A stretch of DNA of 64,000 nucleotides from an uncultured Bifidobacterium sp. Lineage in GTDB: Bacteria > Actinomycetota > Acidimicrobiia > Acidimicrobiales > Ilumatobacteraceae. Of this stretch, positions 29,526 through 39,364 are shown in pieces; the first letter of the stretch is position 1, and each line of letters begins with the position of its first letter. The DNA lies in the NCBI GenBank assembly GCA_964513585.1, contig CAZENK010000002.1, forward strand, positions 14,293 to 78,292. The letters are read 5' to 3'. The translations under genes and the position numbers were made by a program. Under the pieces are notes generated by a model that saw nothing but the letters and a program-made list of their open reading frames with translations, was not told where the DNA came from and made no database searches.

Positions 29526-30653
29526 ATGAAGAAGAGTGTGCTGCGCGTTGGCGCAACAATGCTCGCTCTGTCACTCGTGGGCGTTGCCTGCGGTGGCGGT
29601 GACGACGCTTCCGGCAGCGGCTGTGAGGGTGACCTGAAGATTGCATTCTTCGGCGCACTCACCGGCGACGCCGGAAACCTTGGCCAGAACATCAAGAAGG
29701 GTCTCGACCTCGCCGTTGCTCAGTACAACGCCGATAACGCCGACAGCCCGCTCGTTGTCGAGGCATACGACTCCCAGGGTGACCCCGACCAGGCTCCCGC
29801 ACTCGCTGACAAGGCGATCGCGGACCCCTGTGTCGTCGGCATCGTCGGACCTGCATTCTCGGGTGAGTCTGCAGCCGTGAACCCCAAGTTCGAAGAGGCC
29901 GGTCTCCCGATCATCACTCCTTCGGCAACGAACCCCGCACTTTCGACCAACGGTTGGGACATCTTCCACCGCGCACTCGCAGGTGACGACAAGCAGGGCC
30001 CCGGCGCTGCCCAGAAGATCATCGCCGACGGCAAGACCAAGGTCGGCGTCGTTGACGACAACTCCGAGTACGGCAAGGGTCTTGCCGACATCGTGCAGGA
30101 GTCGCTCGGTGACAAGGCAGTGGAGCTGAACAGCCTCGACCCCGAGGGTTCGGACTACTCGGCGATCATCACCGCAGCCAAGGACGCAGGCGTTGACGCA
30201 GTGTTCTTCGGTGGCTACTACGCAGCAGCGGGCAAGCTCGCCAAGCAGATGGCCGACGCCGGTGTGACCGCAACCTTCTACTCAGGTGACGGCACGCTCG
30301 ACAAGGGCTTCATCGAAGCAGCAGGCCCGGCAGCAGAGGGCGCGATCCTCACCTGCACCTGCGCACCGTTCGACACGAACCCCGCGTTCCTCGAGGCCTT
30401 CCGTGCAGAGTTCAACAATGAGGACCCCGCCACCTATGCGGCAGAGGCATACGACGCAGCGTCGGTGTTCATTGCAGCAATCAAGGACGGCAAGACCTCA
30501 CGTGCTGACATCCTCGCCTTCATCAACAGCTACGACGCCGCCGGTGTCACCAAGCAGCTGAAGTGGGACGAGACCGGCGAAGTCACCGGCTCCGCGGTCT
30601 ATGCCTACGAGATCAAGGACGGCGCCATCAAGGGCATCGGCCTCATCAAGTAA
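29526..30653 (+). CDS. branched-chain amino acid ABC transporter substrate-binding lipoprotein (LivJ/K-like)
   Basis: Lipobox LVGVACGG and type I periplasmic binding fold blocks: GPAFSGES, IITPSATNPAL, FFGGYY. It precedes livHMGF. Confidence 0.85.
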   Translation: MKKSVLRVGATMLALSLVGVACGGGDDASGSGCEGDLKIAFFGALTGDAGNLGQNIKKGLDLAVAQYNADNADSPLVVEAYDSQGDPDQAPALADKAIADPCVVGIVGPAFSGESAAVNPKFEEAGLPIITPSATNPALSTNGWDIFHRALAGDDKQGPGAAQKIIADGKTKVGVVDDNSEYGKGLADIVQESLGDKAVELNSLDPEGSDYSAIITAAKDAGVDAVFFGGYYAAAGKLAKQMADAGVTATFYSGDGTLDKGFIEAAGPAAEGAILTCTCAPFDTNPAFLEAFRAEFNNEDPATYAAEAYDAASVFIAAIKDGKTSRADILAFINSYDAAGVTKQLKWDETGEVTGSAVYAYEIKDGAIKGIGLIK

Positions 30654-30680
30654 TCCCTCCGGGACTACCCAGATCACTGG

Positions 30681-30720
30681 CGAATGGCCGGGGAACTTTG
30701 TTCCCCGGCCATTCGTTTTG
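30681..30720 (+). terminator. intrinsic terminator/attenuator after the binding-protein gene
   Basis: Perfect 15-bp stem: CGAATGGCCGGGGAA (30681-30695) pairs with TTCCCCGGCCATTCG (30701-30715). Loop CTTTG, followed by TTTT. Confidence 0.85.
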
Positions 30721-30778
30721 TCTACGCTGTTCCCTAGTCAATTCCTGACATCGTCCTTCATAAGAACTGGTATTTCGA

Positions 30779-31903
30779 ATGCCTGACTGGCTCATCATCC
30801 GCACCTTCTGGGACCTCACCGTCACCGGCCTGGCGCTCGGTTCCATCTACTCGCTCGTCGCGCTCGGGTACACGTTGGTGTACGGCGTGCTGCGGCTCAT
30901 CAACTTCGCCCACTCCGAGATCTTCATGGTGGGCACCTTCGGCGCACTGCTCGCGTCGTCGGAGTTCCTCAACATCCCGATGCTGGAGGACGGCAACTAC
31001 CCGTACCGCACTGGCATGACGCTCATTTTCTTCCTTGTCGTCATCCTGATCGCAGCGATGCTCTTCTCGGGCATCAGCGCCGTGATGCTCGAACGGGTGG
31101 CGTACCGCCCGCTGCGGGGCAACGGTGACAGCATCGGGGCAATCGTGCTGGCGTTCCTTACGTCGTTCGTGGTCACCCTGGTGTTCATCGACGACACCAA
31201 GATCAACGTGATCATCGCGCTGGTGCTGACTGCGCCGATCGCCTACAGCTACCTTCGCATCTTCAAGCGGGGTCGCAAGGCGCCTCGCCTCGCGTTCCTG
31301 ATCTCGGCCATCGGTGCCTCGACGGCGATTGCGGAAGCGGTCGGCGTGTGGGGCAAGCACGGCCGCGACCAGTACCAGACCGCCCGCATCCTCGAGAAGA
31401 AGACCCTGTTCAACTTCTTCGGTACCGACGTCCGCATCGACTACGTGATCGTGATCGTAGGTGCGTTGCTGATGATGATCGCGCTCACCCTGTTCGTGAA
31501 CAAGACCAGGCTCGGTCGCGGCGTGCGCGCCGTGGCCCAGGATCCCGAGACATCGCGCATCCTCGGTGTCAACGTCGACATGATCATCATCGTGACCTTC
31601 GCCCTCGGCGGCATCATGGCCGGCGGCGCAGCGATGCTCTTCACCCTCGTCTACGACCAGACCCGCTTCAACATCGGCTTCATCCTCGGGGTCAAGAGTT
31701 TCACCGCCGCTGTTCTCGGCGGCATCGGCAACCTGAAGGGCGCCCTTCTGGGTGGTCTGCTGCTCGGACTCGTCGAGAACTACGGGTCGGCGATCTTCGG
31801 TGGCCAGTGGAAGGACGTCATCGCGTTCACCGTGCTCCTCGTGGTGCTCATGTTCCGCCCCACCGGTCTCCTCGGTGAATCCCTCGGAAAGGCACGCGTA
31901 TGA
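30779..31903 (+). CDS. livH: branched-chain amino acid ABC transporter permease
   Basis: 374 aa polytopic protein. LINFAHSE motif near the N-terminus and a C-terminal LMFRPTGLLG typical of LivH. Confidence 0.85.
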   Translation: MPDWLIIRTFWDLTVTGLALGSIYSLVALGYTLVYGVLRLINFAHSEIFMVGTFGALLASSEFLNIPMLEDGNYPYRTGMTLIFFLVVILIAAMLFSGISAVMLERVAYRPLRGNGDSIGAIVLAFLTSFVVTLVFIDDTKINVIIALVLTAPIAYSYLRIFKRGRKAPRLAFLISAIGASTAIAEAVGVWGKHGRDQYQTARILEKKTLFNFFGTDVRIDYVIVIVGALLMMIALTLFVNKTRLGRGVRAVAQDPETSRILGVNVDMIIIVTFALGGIMAGGAAMLFTLVYDQTRFNIGFILGVKSFTAAVLGGIGNLKGALLGGLLLGLVENYGSAIFGGQWKDVIAFTVLLVVLMFRPTGLLGESLGKARV

Positions 31904-32988
31904 GCGGCATCGGTTCAATGATCGGGTCGTTGCGCCGCACGGGCTCCACCTTCGGTGAGGCCTTCGACCGCATGAACACCTGGCAGAAGTACTCCTTCTA
32001 CGGCATCGTGATCATCGCGCTGTACCTGGCGCCGTTCTGGCCGGAAATCCCGCTGATCGGCCCGATCATTGACACACCCGGAACACAGTTCTCCACGGTG
32101 TTGAACGACCAGGTCATCATCTTCGTGCTCGTGGCACTCGGGCTGAACGTGGTGGTCGGTCTCGCGGGCCTTCTCGACCTCGGCTACGTGGGCTTCTACG
32201 CGGTCGGGGCATACGTCACGGCGATCCTCACCAGCGAGCACGCGAGCCTGCCGTGGCTGGTGTCGCTGCCGGTCGCAATCGTCGTGTCCATGATCTTCGG
32301 TGTGATTCTCGGTGCACCCACGCTGCGTCTTCGTGGTGACTATCTGGCGATCGTCACCCTCGGTTTCGGCGAGATCATCCGTCTCACCGCCAAGAACATG
32401 GACTGGCTCGGAGCGAGCCGCGGTATCAGCAACATCCAGAAGCCACCGTCGATCTTCGGTCTGAAGTTCGGCGTGATCGACCCGAAGCCGTACTACTACC
32501 TGGGGCTGACGCTCGTCCTCATCGTGGTGTTCGTTCTGCACCGCCTCGAGTACTCGCGTGTCGGCCGTTCATGGGTCGCCATCCGTGAGGACGAGGACGC
32601 AGCGGAGTTGATGGGTGTCCACACCTTCAAGTTCAAGCTCTGGGCCTTCACAATCGGTGCTGCGGTGGGCGGTCTTGCCGGTGTGCACTACGCCGGCAAG
32701 GTCGGGTTCATCAACCCGGACAACTTCCCGCTGACCCTCTCGATCATGTTCCTAGCGGCTGTCGTGCTCGGTGGCGCCGGCAACATGTACGGTGCGATTC
32801 TCGGCGCCGTGTTGGTCGCGTACATCCCCGAGCGCCTGCGCAACTTCGCCGACAAGCGGGTGTTCGTGTTCGGCGTGGTTCTGGTGCTCATGATGGTCTT
32901 CCGCCCGGAGGGAATCCTGCCGAAGCGTGTGGGCGACGAGCACAAGAAACGAAAAGACCCCGCAAGCAGTGAGGAGGCGGCACAGTGA
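31900..32988 (+). CDS. livM: branched-chain amino acid ABC transporter permease
   Basis: ATGA overlap with livH. Motifs GLLDLGYVGFYAVGAY and GDYLAIVTLGFGEI. Confidence 0.85.
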   Translation: MSGIGSMIGSLRRTGSTFGEAFDRMNTWQKYSFYGIVIIALYLAPFWPEIPLIGPIIDTPGTQFSTVLNDQVIIFVLVALGLNVVVGLAGLLDLGYVGFYAVGAYVTAILTSEHASLPWLVSLPVAIVVSMIFGVILGAPTLRLRGDYLAIVTLGFGEIIRLTAKNMDWLGASRGISNIQKPPSIFGLKFGVIDPKPYYYLGLTLVLIVVFVLHRLEYSRVGRSWVAIREDEDAAELMGVHTFKFKLWAFTIGAAVGGLAGVHYAGKVGFINPDNFPLTLSIMFLAAVVLGGAGNMYGAILGAVLVAYIPERLRNFADKRVFVFGVVLVLMMVFRPEGILPKRVGDEHKKRKDPASSEEAAQ

Positions 32989-33758
32989 GCGAACTCCTCA
33001 ACTTCGACAACGTCACGATGCAGTTCGGCGGTGTCACGGCTCTCAGCGAGGTGAGCCTGAAGATCAACCGTGGTGAGATCCTCGGCCTGATCGGGCCGAA
33101 CGGTGCCGGCAAGACCACATGTTTCAACGTGATCACCGGCGTGTACTCGCCGACTCTCGGTGACGTGAAGTTCGACGGCCGCAGCATCACGGCCCTGAAG
33201 CGCTTCCAGATCACCAAGGCCGGCATTGCGCGCACGTTCCAGAACATCCGGTTGTTCGCCGAGATGACCGCACTCGAGAACGTGATGGTCGGTGCCGACT
33301 CACGCAAGAAGTCATCGGTCGGCGGGGCGATCCTGCGCACGCCGCGCCAGCGCCGGGAGGAGGCCGAGACCAGAGAGCGCGCGATGGAGCTGTTGACCTT
33401 CATGGGTATCGCCGACCGGGCCAACAATGCCGCGCGAAACCTGCCCTACGGCTACCAGCGGCGGCTCGAGATTGCGCGTGCCCTCGCGACAGAGCCGCAG
33501 TTGCTCTGTCTGGACGAACCTGCAGCAGGATTCAACCCCGCAGAGAAGCAGGAACTCAATGAGTTGATCCTGAAGATCCGCGAGCAGGGCTACACCGTGC
33601 TGCTGATCGAGCACGACATGAACGTCGTCATGAAGGTCAGTGACCGCGTGGCGGTGCTCGACTTCGGCCGCAAGATTGCCGACGGGGCACCCGACGAGGT
33701 CCGCAACAACCCCGACGTGATCGCGGCATACCTGGGAGTCGACGACGATGCTTCTTGA
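32985..33758 (+). CDS. livG: branched-chain amino acid ABC transporter ATP-binding protein
   Basis: Walker A GPNGAGKTT, signature-like YGYQRRLEIARAL, Walker B LLCLDEP. GTGA overlap with livM. Confidence 0.9.
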   Translation: MSELLNFDNVTMQFGGVTALSEVSLKINRGEILGLIGPNGAGKTTCFNVITGVYSPTLGDVKFDGRSITALKRFQITKAGIARTFQNIRLFAEMTALENVMVGADSRKKSSVGGAILRTPRQRREEAETRERAMELLTFMGIADRANNAARNLPYGYQRRLEIARALATEPQLLCLDEPAAGFNPAEKQELNELILKIREQGYTVLLIEHDMNVVMKVSDRVAVLDFGRKIADGAPDEVRNNPDVIAAYLGVDDDAS

Positions 33759-34458
33759 AGTCAACGATCTGCACGTGTTCTACGGCCGCATCGAGGCCCT
33801 GAAGGGCATCAGTTTCTCGGTCGGTGAGGGCGAGATCGCCACACTGATCGGTGCGAACGGTGCCGGCAAGACCACCACGATGCGAACGCTGTCGGGCGTG
33901 CGCACTGTCACCCAGGGCTCGGTCATCTTCGACGGACAGGACATCACCAAGATGGCCCCGCACGACAGGGTGAAGCTCGGCATCTGTCAGGCACCCGAGG
34001 GTCGCGGCATCTTCCCGGGAATGACCGTTCGTGAGAACCTCGACATGGGTCTCTACGTGCGCGGCGGTGACGCAACGCAGCGTGCCGCGGACCTGGAGCA
34101 CGTGTTCCACCTGTTCCCCAGGCTCAAGGAGCGAATCTCGCAGCTCGGTGGGACCCTGTCGGGCGGAGAGCAGCAGATGCTCGCCATCGGGCGTGCGCTC
34201 ATGAGCCGTCCGCGGTTGTTGTTGCTCGACGAGCCGTCGATGGGCCTCGCGCCGATGCTGATCCGCCAGATCTTCGAGATCATCAAGCAGATCAACTCGG
34301 AGGGAATCTCGGTGCTGCTGGTGGAGCAGAACGCCACACAGGCCCTCCGTGTCGCGAACCACGGTTACGTGCTCGAGACGGGCTACGTGGTGAAGAAGGG
34401 GACCGGGCAGGACCTGCTCGATGACCCTGCAGTCCGCGCGGCATACCTCGGCGGCTAG
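33748..34458 (+). CDS. livF: branched-chain amino acid ABC transporter ATP-binding protein
   Basis: Walker A GANGAGKTT, signature LSGGEQQMLAIGRAL, Walker B LLLLDEPS. Confidence 0.9.
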   Translation: MLLEVNDLHVFYGRIEALKGISFSVGEGEIATLIGANGAGKTTTMRTLSGVRTVTQGSVIFDGQDITKMAPHDRVKLGICQAPEGRGIFPGMTVRENLDMGLYVRGGDATQRAADLEHVFHLFPRLKERISQLGGTLSGGEQQMLAIGRALMSRPRLLLLDEPSMGLAPMLIRQIFEIIKQINSEGISVLLVEQNATQALRVANHGYVLETGYVVKKGTGQDLLDDPAVRAAYLGG

Positions 34459-34994
34459 TCGTCGGCCGTCTTCTCCAGGCGGTTCAGGTACCTCTTCACG
34501 GCCGTTGCGCTCTCGCGTCGCCAGAGGTCAACGGGGCCCGTTGTGGCTGATCGTTCGATGGCCGTGAAGACGGGTGCGAACTCGTCGCGTTGACGCTGCA
34601 GGAACGGTCGCAGTGGCATGGAACTGCGTTCGCGCAGCATCACCTTCACGACGAGTTCCGTGCGCACGTCCCTCAGGTGCGGCACGGGGGTGTCGAGCCA
34701 GCGCATTGCGTGCGACCGGCCCTTCGCGGTTGCCGACACCACCACCCGGTCTGCACCCCTGCCGTCCTTCGGTGTCGCACGCCTGACCATGCCGTCCGCC
34801 TCGAGCGAATCGATCGCGCGGTACACCAACTGGCGCGACAGCCTCCACGCCCGCCCGATGTCGCCGGTGGGGGAGAGCTCCTCGTGCACCGCCCAGCCGT
34901 GACGCGGTTGCTGGACGACCAGGGCGAGCACCACGTTCCTTGCGAGTTGAGCATCCTGTCGCGCCACGTGGCAGAGGTTATCAACCTGTGGCAT
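34455..34994 (-). CDS. PadR family transcriptional regulator
   Basis: Winged-helix block LALVVQQPRHGWAVHEEL...YRAIDSLEADGMV. 179 aa. Divergent from modA. Confidence 0.7.
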   Translation of the reverse strand: MPQVDNLCHVARQDAQLARNVVLALVVQQPRHGWAVHEELSPTGDIGRAWRLSRQLVYRAIDSLEADGMVRRATPKDGRGADRVVVSATAKGRSHAMRWLDTPVPHLRDVRTELVVKVMLRERSSMPLRPFLQRQRDEFAPVFTAIERSATTGPVDLWRRESATAVKRYLNRLEKTADD

Positions 34995-35013
34995 GTAGTC
35001 ACTTTTTGACTAC
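34995..35013. promoter_or_regulatory. perfect 7-5-7 palindrome GTAGTCA-CTTTT-TGACTAC (candidate operator)
   Basis: It fills most of the 28-nt gap between the PadR start (34994) and the modA start (35023). Confidence 0.6.
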
Positions 35014-35022
35014 CATCAGGGC

Positions 35023-35826
35023 ATGCGCAAATGGGTGGTTCTTGCGGCAGTAGTGATCATGGCGGGGTGTGGTGGTGCCACAGAGACCCCGCAGACAGCT
35101 GACCCGTGCGACGGCGCGGTGGTGTTCGCCGCGAGCTCGTTCGCGCCGGTTGTCGAGGGTGCGAAAGCCGGTGAGTGTCTCGACGCCGCCACGGTGTCGC
35201 TTGCTTCGTCCACGGCTCTGGCCGCACAGGTCGCAGATGGTGCACCCGTTGACGTGTTCATCAGCGCCGGCACCGATGCAGTGAACCTGTTGCTCTCGCA
35301 GGGGGTCGAGCTGGGTGATCCCGTGACGATCGGCTTCAACAGGGCGAGCCTGATGATCAGCGGGTCCTCGGCCGCAGGGCGTGGCATTGACTCCGTGTTC
35401 GACCTGGCAACGGCCGATGCGGTGATCGGCGCATGCATCGCAAGTGCCCCGTGCGGCCGGCTCTTCGACGATGTCATGACCAACGCCTCGCGCACCGCCG
35501 CTGGCAGGGGACTCGAGTTGTCACGGTCTGCACTGGTCGACACCGAGGCCGCGAATGCGGCAGATCTCGTCTCGAAGATCTCGATGGGCGAGATCGACGC
35601 AGGAATCGTCTATGCGAGCGACTGCGTGGCACGACGTGACACAGCCCCGGTGAGGTGCATCGAGGTTCCCCTTGTTGATGACGATGGGTCGCCGCTGAAT
35701 GCCCGCGTGCCGTACGTGGTGGTCCGGGTGTCGTCGACGCCGGCCGCCCGGGAGGCGTTCACCGCACTGACCTCCCGCGCCTTCATCACGGATCTGTCCA
35801 ACCGCTTCGGGATCGAGCCCGAGTGA
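35023..35826 (+). CDS. modA: molybdate ABC transporter substrate-binding lipoprotein
   Basis: Lipobox MAGCGG. Motifs VVFAASSF, AQVADGAPVDVFISAG and GEIDAGIVYASD. Confidence 0.8.
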   Translation: MRKWVVLAAVVIMAGCGGATETPQTADPCDGAVVFAASSFAPVVEGAKAGECLDAATVSLASSTALAAQVADGAPVDVFISAGTDAVNLLLSQGVELGDPVTIGFNRASLMISGSSAAGRGIDSVFDLATADAVIGACIASAPCGRLFDDVMTNASRTAAGRGLELSRSALVDTEAANAADLVSKISMGEIDAGIVYASDCVARRDTAPVRCIEVPLVDDDGSPLNARVPYVVVRVSSTPAAREAFTALTSRAFITDLSNRFGIEPE

Positions 35827-36617
35827 CCGCACGCAGTCTGACATCGCGCACACTCACGTCGGTGGCCCTGCTCGCGGGGCTGTTCCTGGTTGTTCCGCTC
35901 GTGAGTGTGTTGCTGCGTGTGCCGTGGTCCCTGGCGTGGGACACCGTGTCGTCCGAGACCGTGCGCACCGCTCTGGTGCTGTCGTTGCAGACATCGGTTG
36001 TTGCCGCGGTGGTCTCCGTGGTTCTCGGGGTCCCCGTGGCATGGTGGCTGTCGCAGAACTCGGGCGTCGTTGCCCGTGTGCTGCGCGTGGTGTGCGTGTC
36101 GCCGATCGTGTTGCCGCCGGTGGTGGGCGGCATCGCCCTGTTGGCTGCATTCGGGCGTCGTGGGTTGCTCGGGCAATGGCTGTACGACTGGTGGGGCGTG
36201 TCGTTGCCGTTCACCCGCACGGCCGTTGTGATGGCGCAGGTGTTCGTCTCCATGCCGTTCCTCATCATCGCGGTCGAGGCCGCGTTCAGGCAGGCGGGCA
36301 TGCGCCTTGAAGAAGCTGCACGCACGCTGGGTGCGGGCCCGTTGCGCGTCTTCTTCCTGGTCTCCGTGCCGTCGGTGGCATCGGCCGTCGGCTCGGGCGC
36401 GGTGCTGGCATGGGCCAGGTCGTTCGGTGAGTTCGGTGCCTCGATCACCTTCGCCGGCAGCCTGTCGGGCCGCACCCAGACCCTGCCGATGTCGGTCTAC
36501 GAGCTTGCGAGCACCGACTACCCGGCAGCACTCGTGGTGTCACTGTTGATGATCGCGGTGTCGGTGCTCGTGCTCGGCGGGCTGCGCGACAGGTGGCTGA
36601 CAGGGGGCCGCGGATGA
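35823..36617 (+). CDS. modB: molybdate ABC transporter permease
   Basis: EAA loop LEEAARTLGAGPLRVFFLVSVP. Six hydrophobic segments. Start overlaps the modA stop. Confidence 0.8.
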   Translation: MTARSLTSRTLTSVALLAGLFLVVPLVSVLLRVPWSLAWDTVSSETVRTALVLSLQTSVVAAVVSVVLGVPVAWWLSQNSGVVARVLRVVCVSPIVLPPVVGGIALLAAFGRRGLLGQWLYDWWGVSLPFTRTAVVMAQVFVSMPFLIIAVEAAFRQAGMRLEEAARTLGAGPLRVFFLVSVPSVASAVGSGAVLAWARSFGEFGASITFAGSLSGRTQTLPMSVYELASTDYPAALVVSLLMIAVSVLVLGGLRDRWLTGGRG

Positions 36618-37246
36618 GCCTCGTGATGCACGGGACCGTCGGTCGCAATGACTTCTCGCTCGAGGTGGCCCTCGACGTGGCGAACGGGACGACCCTCGGC
36701 ATCGTGGGGCGCAACGGCTCGGGAAAGTCGACGCTTCTGCACACGATCGCAGGGTTGTGCCCGCTGCGCAGCGGTTCGCTCGCGCTCGACGGCAACGTGT
36801 GGGACGACTCCACAGACCGTGGTTTCGTGGTTCCCGAGTTGCGCGGTTGTTCCCTGGTGTTCCAGGACATGCGCCTGTTCCCGCACATGACGTGCCTGCA
36901 GAACGTGATGTTCGGTCCCGTGAGCAACGGCGTGTCACGGAGCGCTGCCCGCGGTCTCGCAATGTCGACGCTGCGGGACTTCGGTGTCGACAACGTCGCG
37001 CAGAGCCGGGCCGGCAGCATTTCGGGCGGCCAGGCGCAGCGTGTCGCCCTTTGTCGGGCCCTGGTGCGCCGACCGGCTGTGCTTCTGCTCGACGAACCGT
37101 TGTCGGCAATCGATGCTGATTCGCGCGGCGAACTGAGGGAACTGCTGCAGCAGGTGCTGTCAGGCTTTGGCGGCATCGCCGTGGTTGTCTCGCACCATGA
37201 GGTCGACCTCGACACCCTCGCTGACTCGGTGATGGTCGTCGCCTAG
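36614..37246 (+). CDS. ABC transporter ATP-binding protein, ModC-like but lacking a C-terminal TOBE domain
   Basis: ATGA overlap with modB. Walker A GRNGSGKST, signature ISGGQAQRVALCRAL, Walker B LLLDEP. Only about 210 aa. Confidence 0.75.
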   Translation: MSLVMHGTVGRNDFSLEVALDVANGTTLGIVGRNGSGKSTLLHTIAGLCPLRSGSLALDGNVWDDSTDRGFVVPELRGCSLVFQDMRLFPHMTCLQNVMFGPVSNGVSRSAARGLAMSTLRDFGVDNVAQSRAGSISGGQAQRVALCRALVRRPAVLLLDEPLSAIDADSRGELRELLQQVLSGFGGIAVVVSHHEVDLDTLADSVMVVA

Positions 37247-37259
37247 GGCAGCGCCGACA

Positions 37260-37305
37260 ATTCACCTGTGAGTTCACCCTTCGTTCACCTCGCCGTTCAT
37301 TGCGG
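37260..37305 (+). promoter_or_regulatory. PHO-box-like array of four direct repeats upstream of pstC
   Basis: ATTCACCTGTGA, GTTCACCCTTC, GTTCACCTCGCC and GTTCATTGCGG start at 37260, 37272, 37283 and 37295 (spacing 12, 11 and 12 nt). The core matches the GTTCACC PhoP repeat unit described for Streptomyces. Confidence 0.6.
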
Positions 37306-37341
37306 TACAGATGCGGCTGTGAGAATCTGCGGGTGCTCCAG

Positions 37342-38304
37342 ATGGAATCACCCCCAGAGCGGCGGGAAATCGAGATCAACTACACGCCCGTGGACCTTGT
37401 GTTCCGGCGTTTCGTCACGGTCGCGGCGCTTTTCTCGCTGATTGTCCTCGTGATGATCGCGGCCTTCCTCCTGTACCGGGGGTTCCAGATCTTCTCCGAC
37501 TTCGGACTGTCGTTCATCACTTCGTCCAAGTGGGACATCGGCAACCCGGAGGATCCCTCGACTGCGGTGCTCGGCATCGGCGCAATGTTGGTCGGGTCCG
37601 TGCTCACGGCATTCATCGCAATCCTCGTGGCAGTTCCGTTCGCCGTCGCGTCTGCGTTGTTCATCGAGTTCTACGCGCCGCGGTTCCTGCGCACCCTGCT
37701 CACCGCGGTTCTCGACCTTGTTGCGGCCGTGCCGTCCGTGATCTATGGAATCTGGGGATACGTGGTGCTGCTCCCGCTGGTCGAGGACTGGTCAGCCACG
37801 CTCAACAAGTATCTCGGATGGTTCCCGCTGTTCTCTGTCGAGACCCCGATCTTCGGCAGGTCACCGCTCCTCGCCGGATTGCTGCTTGCGATCATGATCC
37901 TGCCGATCGTGACCTCGGTTGCCCGCGAGGTGTACGGACAGGCGCCACGTGACTTGATCGATGCGTCATACGCACTCGGCGGAACGAAGTGGGCCGGACT
38001 GCGCACGGTGGTGCTGCCGTTCGGCCGCAGCGGCCTCGTGGGCGGTGCGATGCTGGGCCTCGGCCGTGCAATGGGCGAGACCGTGGCGGTGTATCTCACC
38101 TTGAACCTGGTGTTCGACGTGAACTTCAGGATCCTCGCCTCGGCCGGCGGCAACGTGGCATCACTCATCGCGAACAAGTTCGGCGAGGCAACCGCGTACG
38201 AACTGAAGGCGCTCATGGCGGCCGGACTCGTGCTGTTCCTCGTGACGATGCTCGTGAACTTCATGGCGACTGTCATCGTCAACCGTTCGAGGAAGATCGT
38301 ATGA
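37342..38304 (+). CDS. pstC: phosphate ABC transporter permease PstC
   Basis: Polytopic protein with the conserved loop DASYALGGTKWAGLRTVVLP. Alternative starts: TTG 37300 and GTG 37333. Confidence 0.85.
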   Translation: MESPPERREIEINYTPVDLVFRRFVTVAALFSLIVLVMIAAFLLYRGFQIFSDFGLSFITSSKWDIGNPEDPSTAVLGIGAMLVGSVLTAFIAILVAVPFAVASALFIEFYAPRFLRTLLTAVLDLVAAVPSVIYGIWGYVVLLPLVEDWSATLNKYLGWFPLFSVETPIFGRSPLLAGLLLAIMILPIVTSVAREVYGQAPRDLIDASYALGGTKWAGLRTVVLPFGRSGLVGGAMLGLGRAMGETVAVYLTLNLVFDVNFRILASAGGNVASLIANKFGEATAYELKALMAAGLVLFLVTMLVNFMATVIVNRSRKIV

Positions 38305-39356
38305 CAACGTTCCAGTACACAGATGTGGTTCCCGAGCCGCGCCGACCGTGGGACCATTCGCGCTCGACTGCGATCCGCGTGGTGGCGTTGGTGGCACTCT
38401 CCGGCATGTTCGGTGCATTGTTGAATCAGTACACCGGTCTCGGTGGGTTTCTCGGATGGTACCTGGGGCTCGCCATGGCGATGCCGGTCGTTGCTTTCAT
38501 CGGGTCGGTTCGCCACGGCTGGAACCTGGCATCGGATCGCATCGCAACAGCATTGATCTCGGTGGCGTTCGCCGCGGTGACCATCCCCTGGGTGTCGATC
38601 GTGCTCACGGTGTTCCAGAAGGGCTCGAAGGCCTTCCACTCGAGGTACCTCACGGATGACATGAGGATCACCCCGTCGAGCGACCTGCTGCAGTACGGCG
38701 GTGTTGTGCACGCCATCATCGGCACGCTCATCATGGTGATCATCGCGTCGTTGATCGCCGTTCCGTTGGGCATCCTCGCCGCCATCTACATCGTCGAGAT
38801 CAAGGGGCGTTTCGCGAAGATGGTCCGGTTCCTGACGCAGGCGATGAGCGGGGTCCCGTCGATCGTTGCGGGTCTCTTCATCTACGCAACCGTCGTCATC
38901 TTCTTCGGGGGGTTCAGCGCGTGGGCCGGGGCGCTCTCGCTGGTCATCCTCATGTTGCCCACCGTTGCGCGCACTTCGGAAGAAGTGCTGAAGATCGTGC
39001 CGGACGACCTGCGGTCGGCGAGCTATGCACTCGGCGCCTCGCAGGCCCGCACCACGTTCCGTGTCGTGCTGCCGACGATCGCATCGGGTCTCGTCACGGC
39101 CGCAGTGCTCGGAATCGCCCGTGTCGTCGGTGAGACGGCGCCGCTGATCCTCACGGCCTCGTACTTCGTGGCACGCAGCACGAGCCTCACCGACCCTATT
39201 GCCAGCCTGCCGATCTACATCTTCTCGAGTCTCGGGCTCGGCGATGACAACGCAACCACACGGGCATGGGGCGGCTCCCTCGTGCTGCTCTGCGTTGTTT
39301 TCATCCTGTTCGTGCTCGCCCGTGTCATCAGTACCCGTCTCACACGAAGGAAGTGA
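38301..39356 (+). CDS. pstA: phosphate ABC transporter permease PstA
   Basis: ATGA overlap with pstC. Conserved loop [20 protein letters not shown]. Confidence 0.85.
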   Translation: MTTFQYTDVVPEPRRPWDHSRSTAIRVVALVALSGMFGALLNQYTGLGGFLGWYLGLAMAMPVVAFIGSVRHGWNLASDRIATALISVAFAAVTIPWVSIVLTVFQKGSKAFHSRYLTDDMRITPSSDLLQYGGVVHAIIGTLIMVIIASLIAVPLGILAAIYIVEIKGRFAKMVRFLTQAMSGVPSIVAGLFIYATVVIFFGGFSAWAGALSLVILMLPTVARTSEEVLKIVPDDLRSASYALGASQARTTFRVVLPTIASGLVTAAVLGIARVVGETAPLILTASYFVARSTSLTDPIASLPIYIFSSLGLGDDNATTRAWGGSLVLLCVVFILFVLARVISTRLTRRK

Positions 39357-39364
39357 ACTTTCCC

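Noticed and set aside
34995-35022. Moco riboswitch upstream of modA
   Set aside because: Only 28 nt separate PadR and modA, which is far too short for the Moco RNA motif of about 130 nt.
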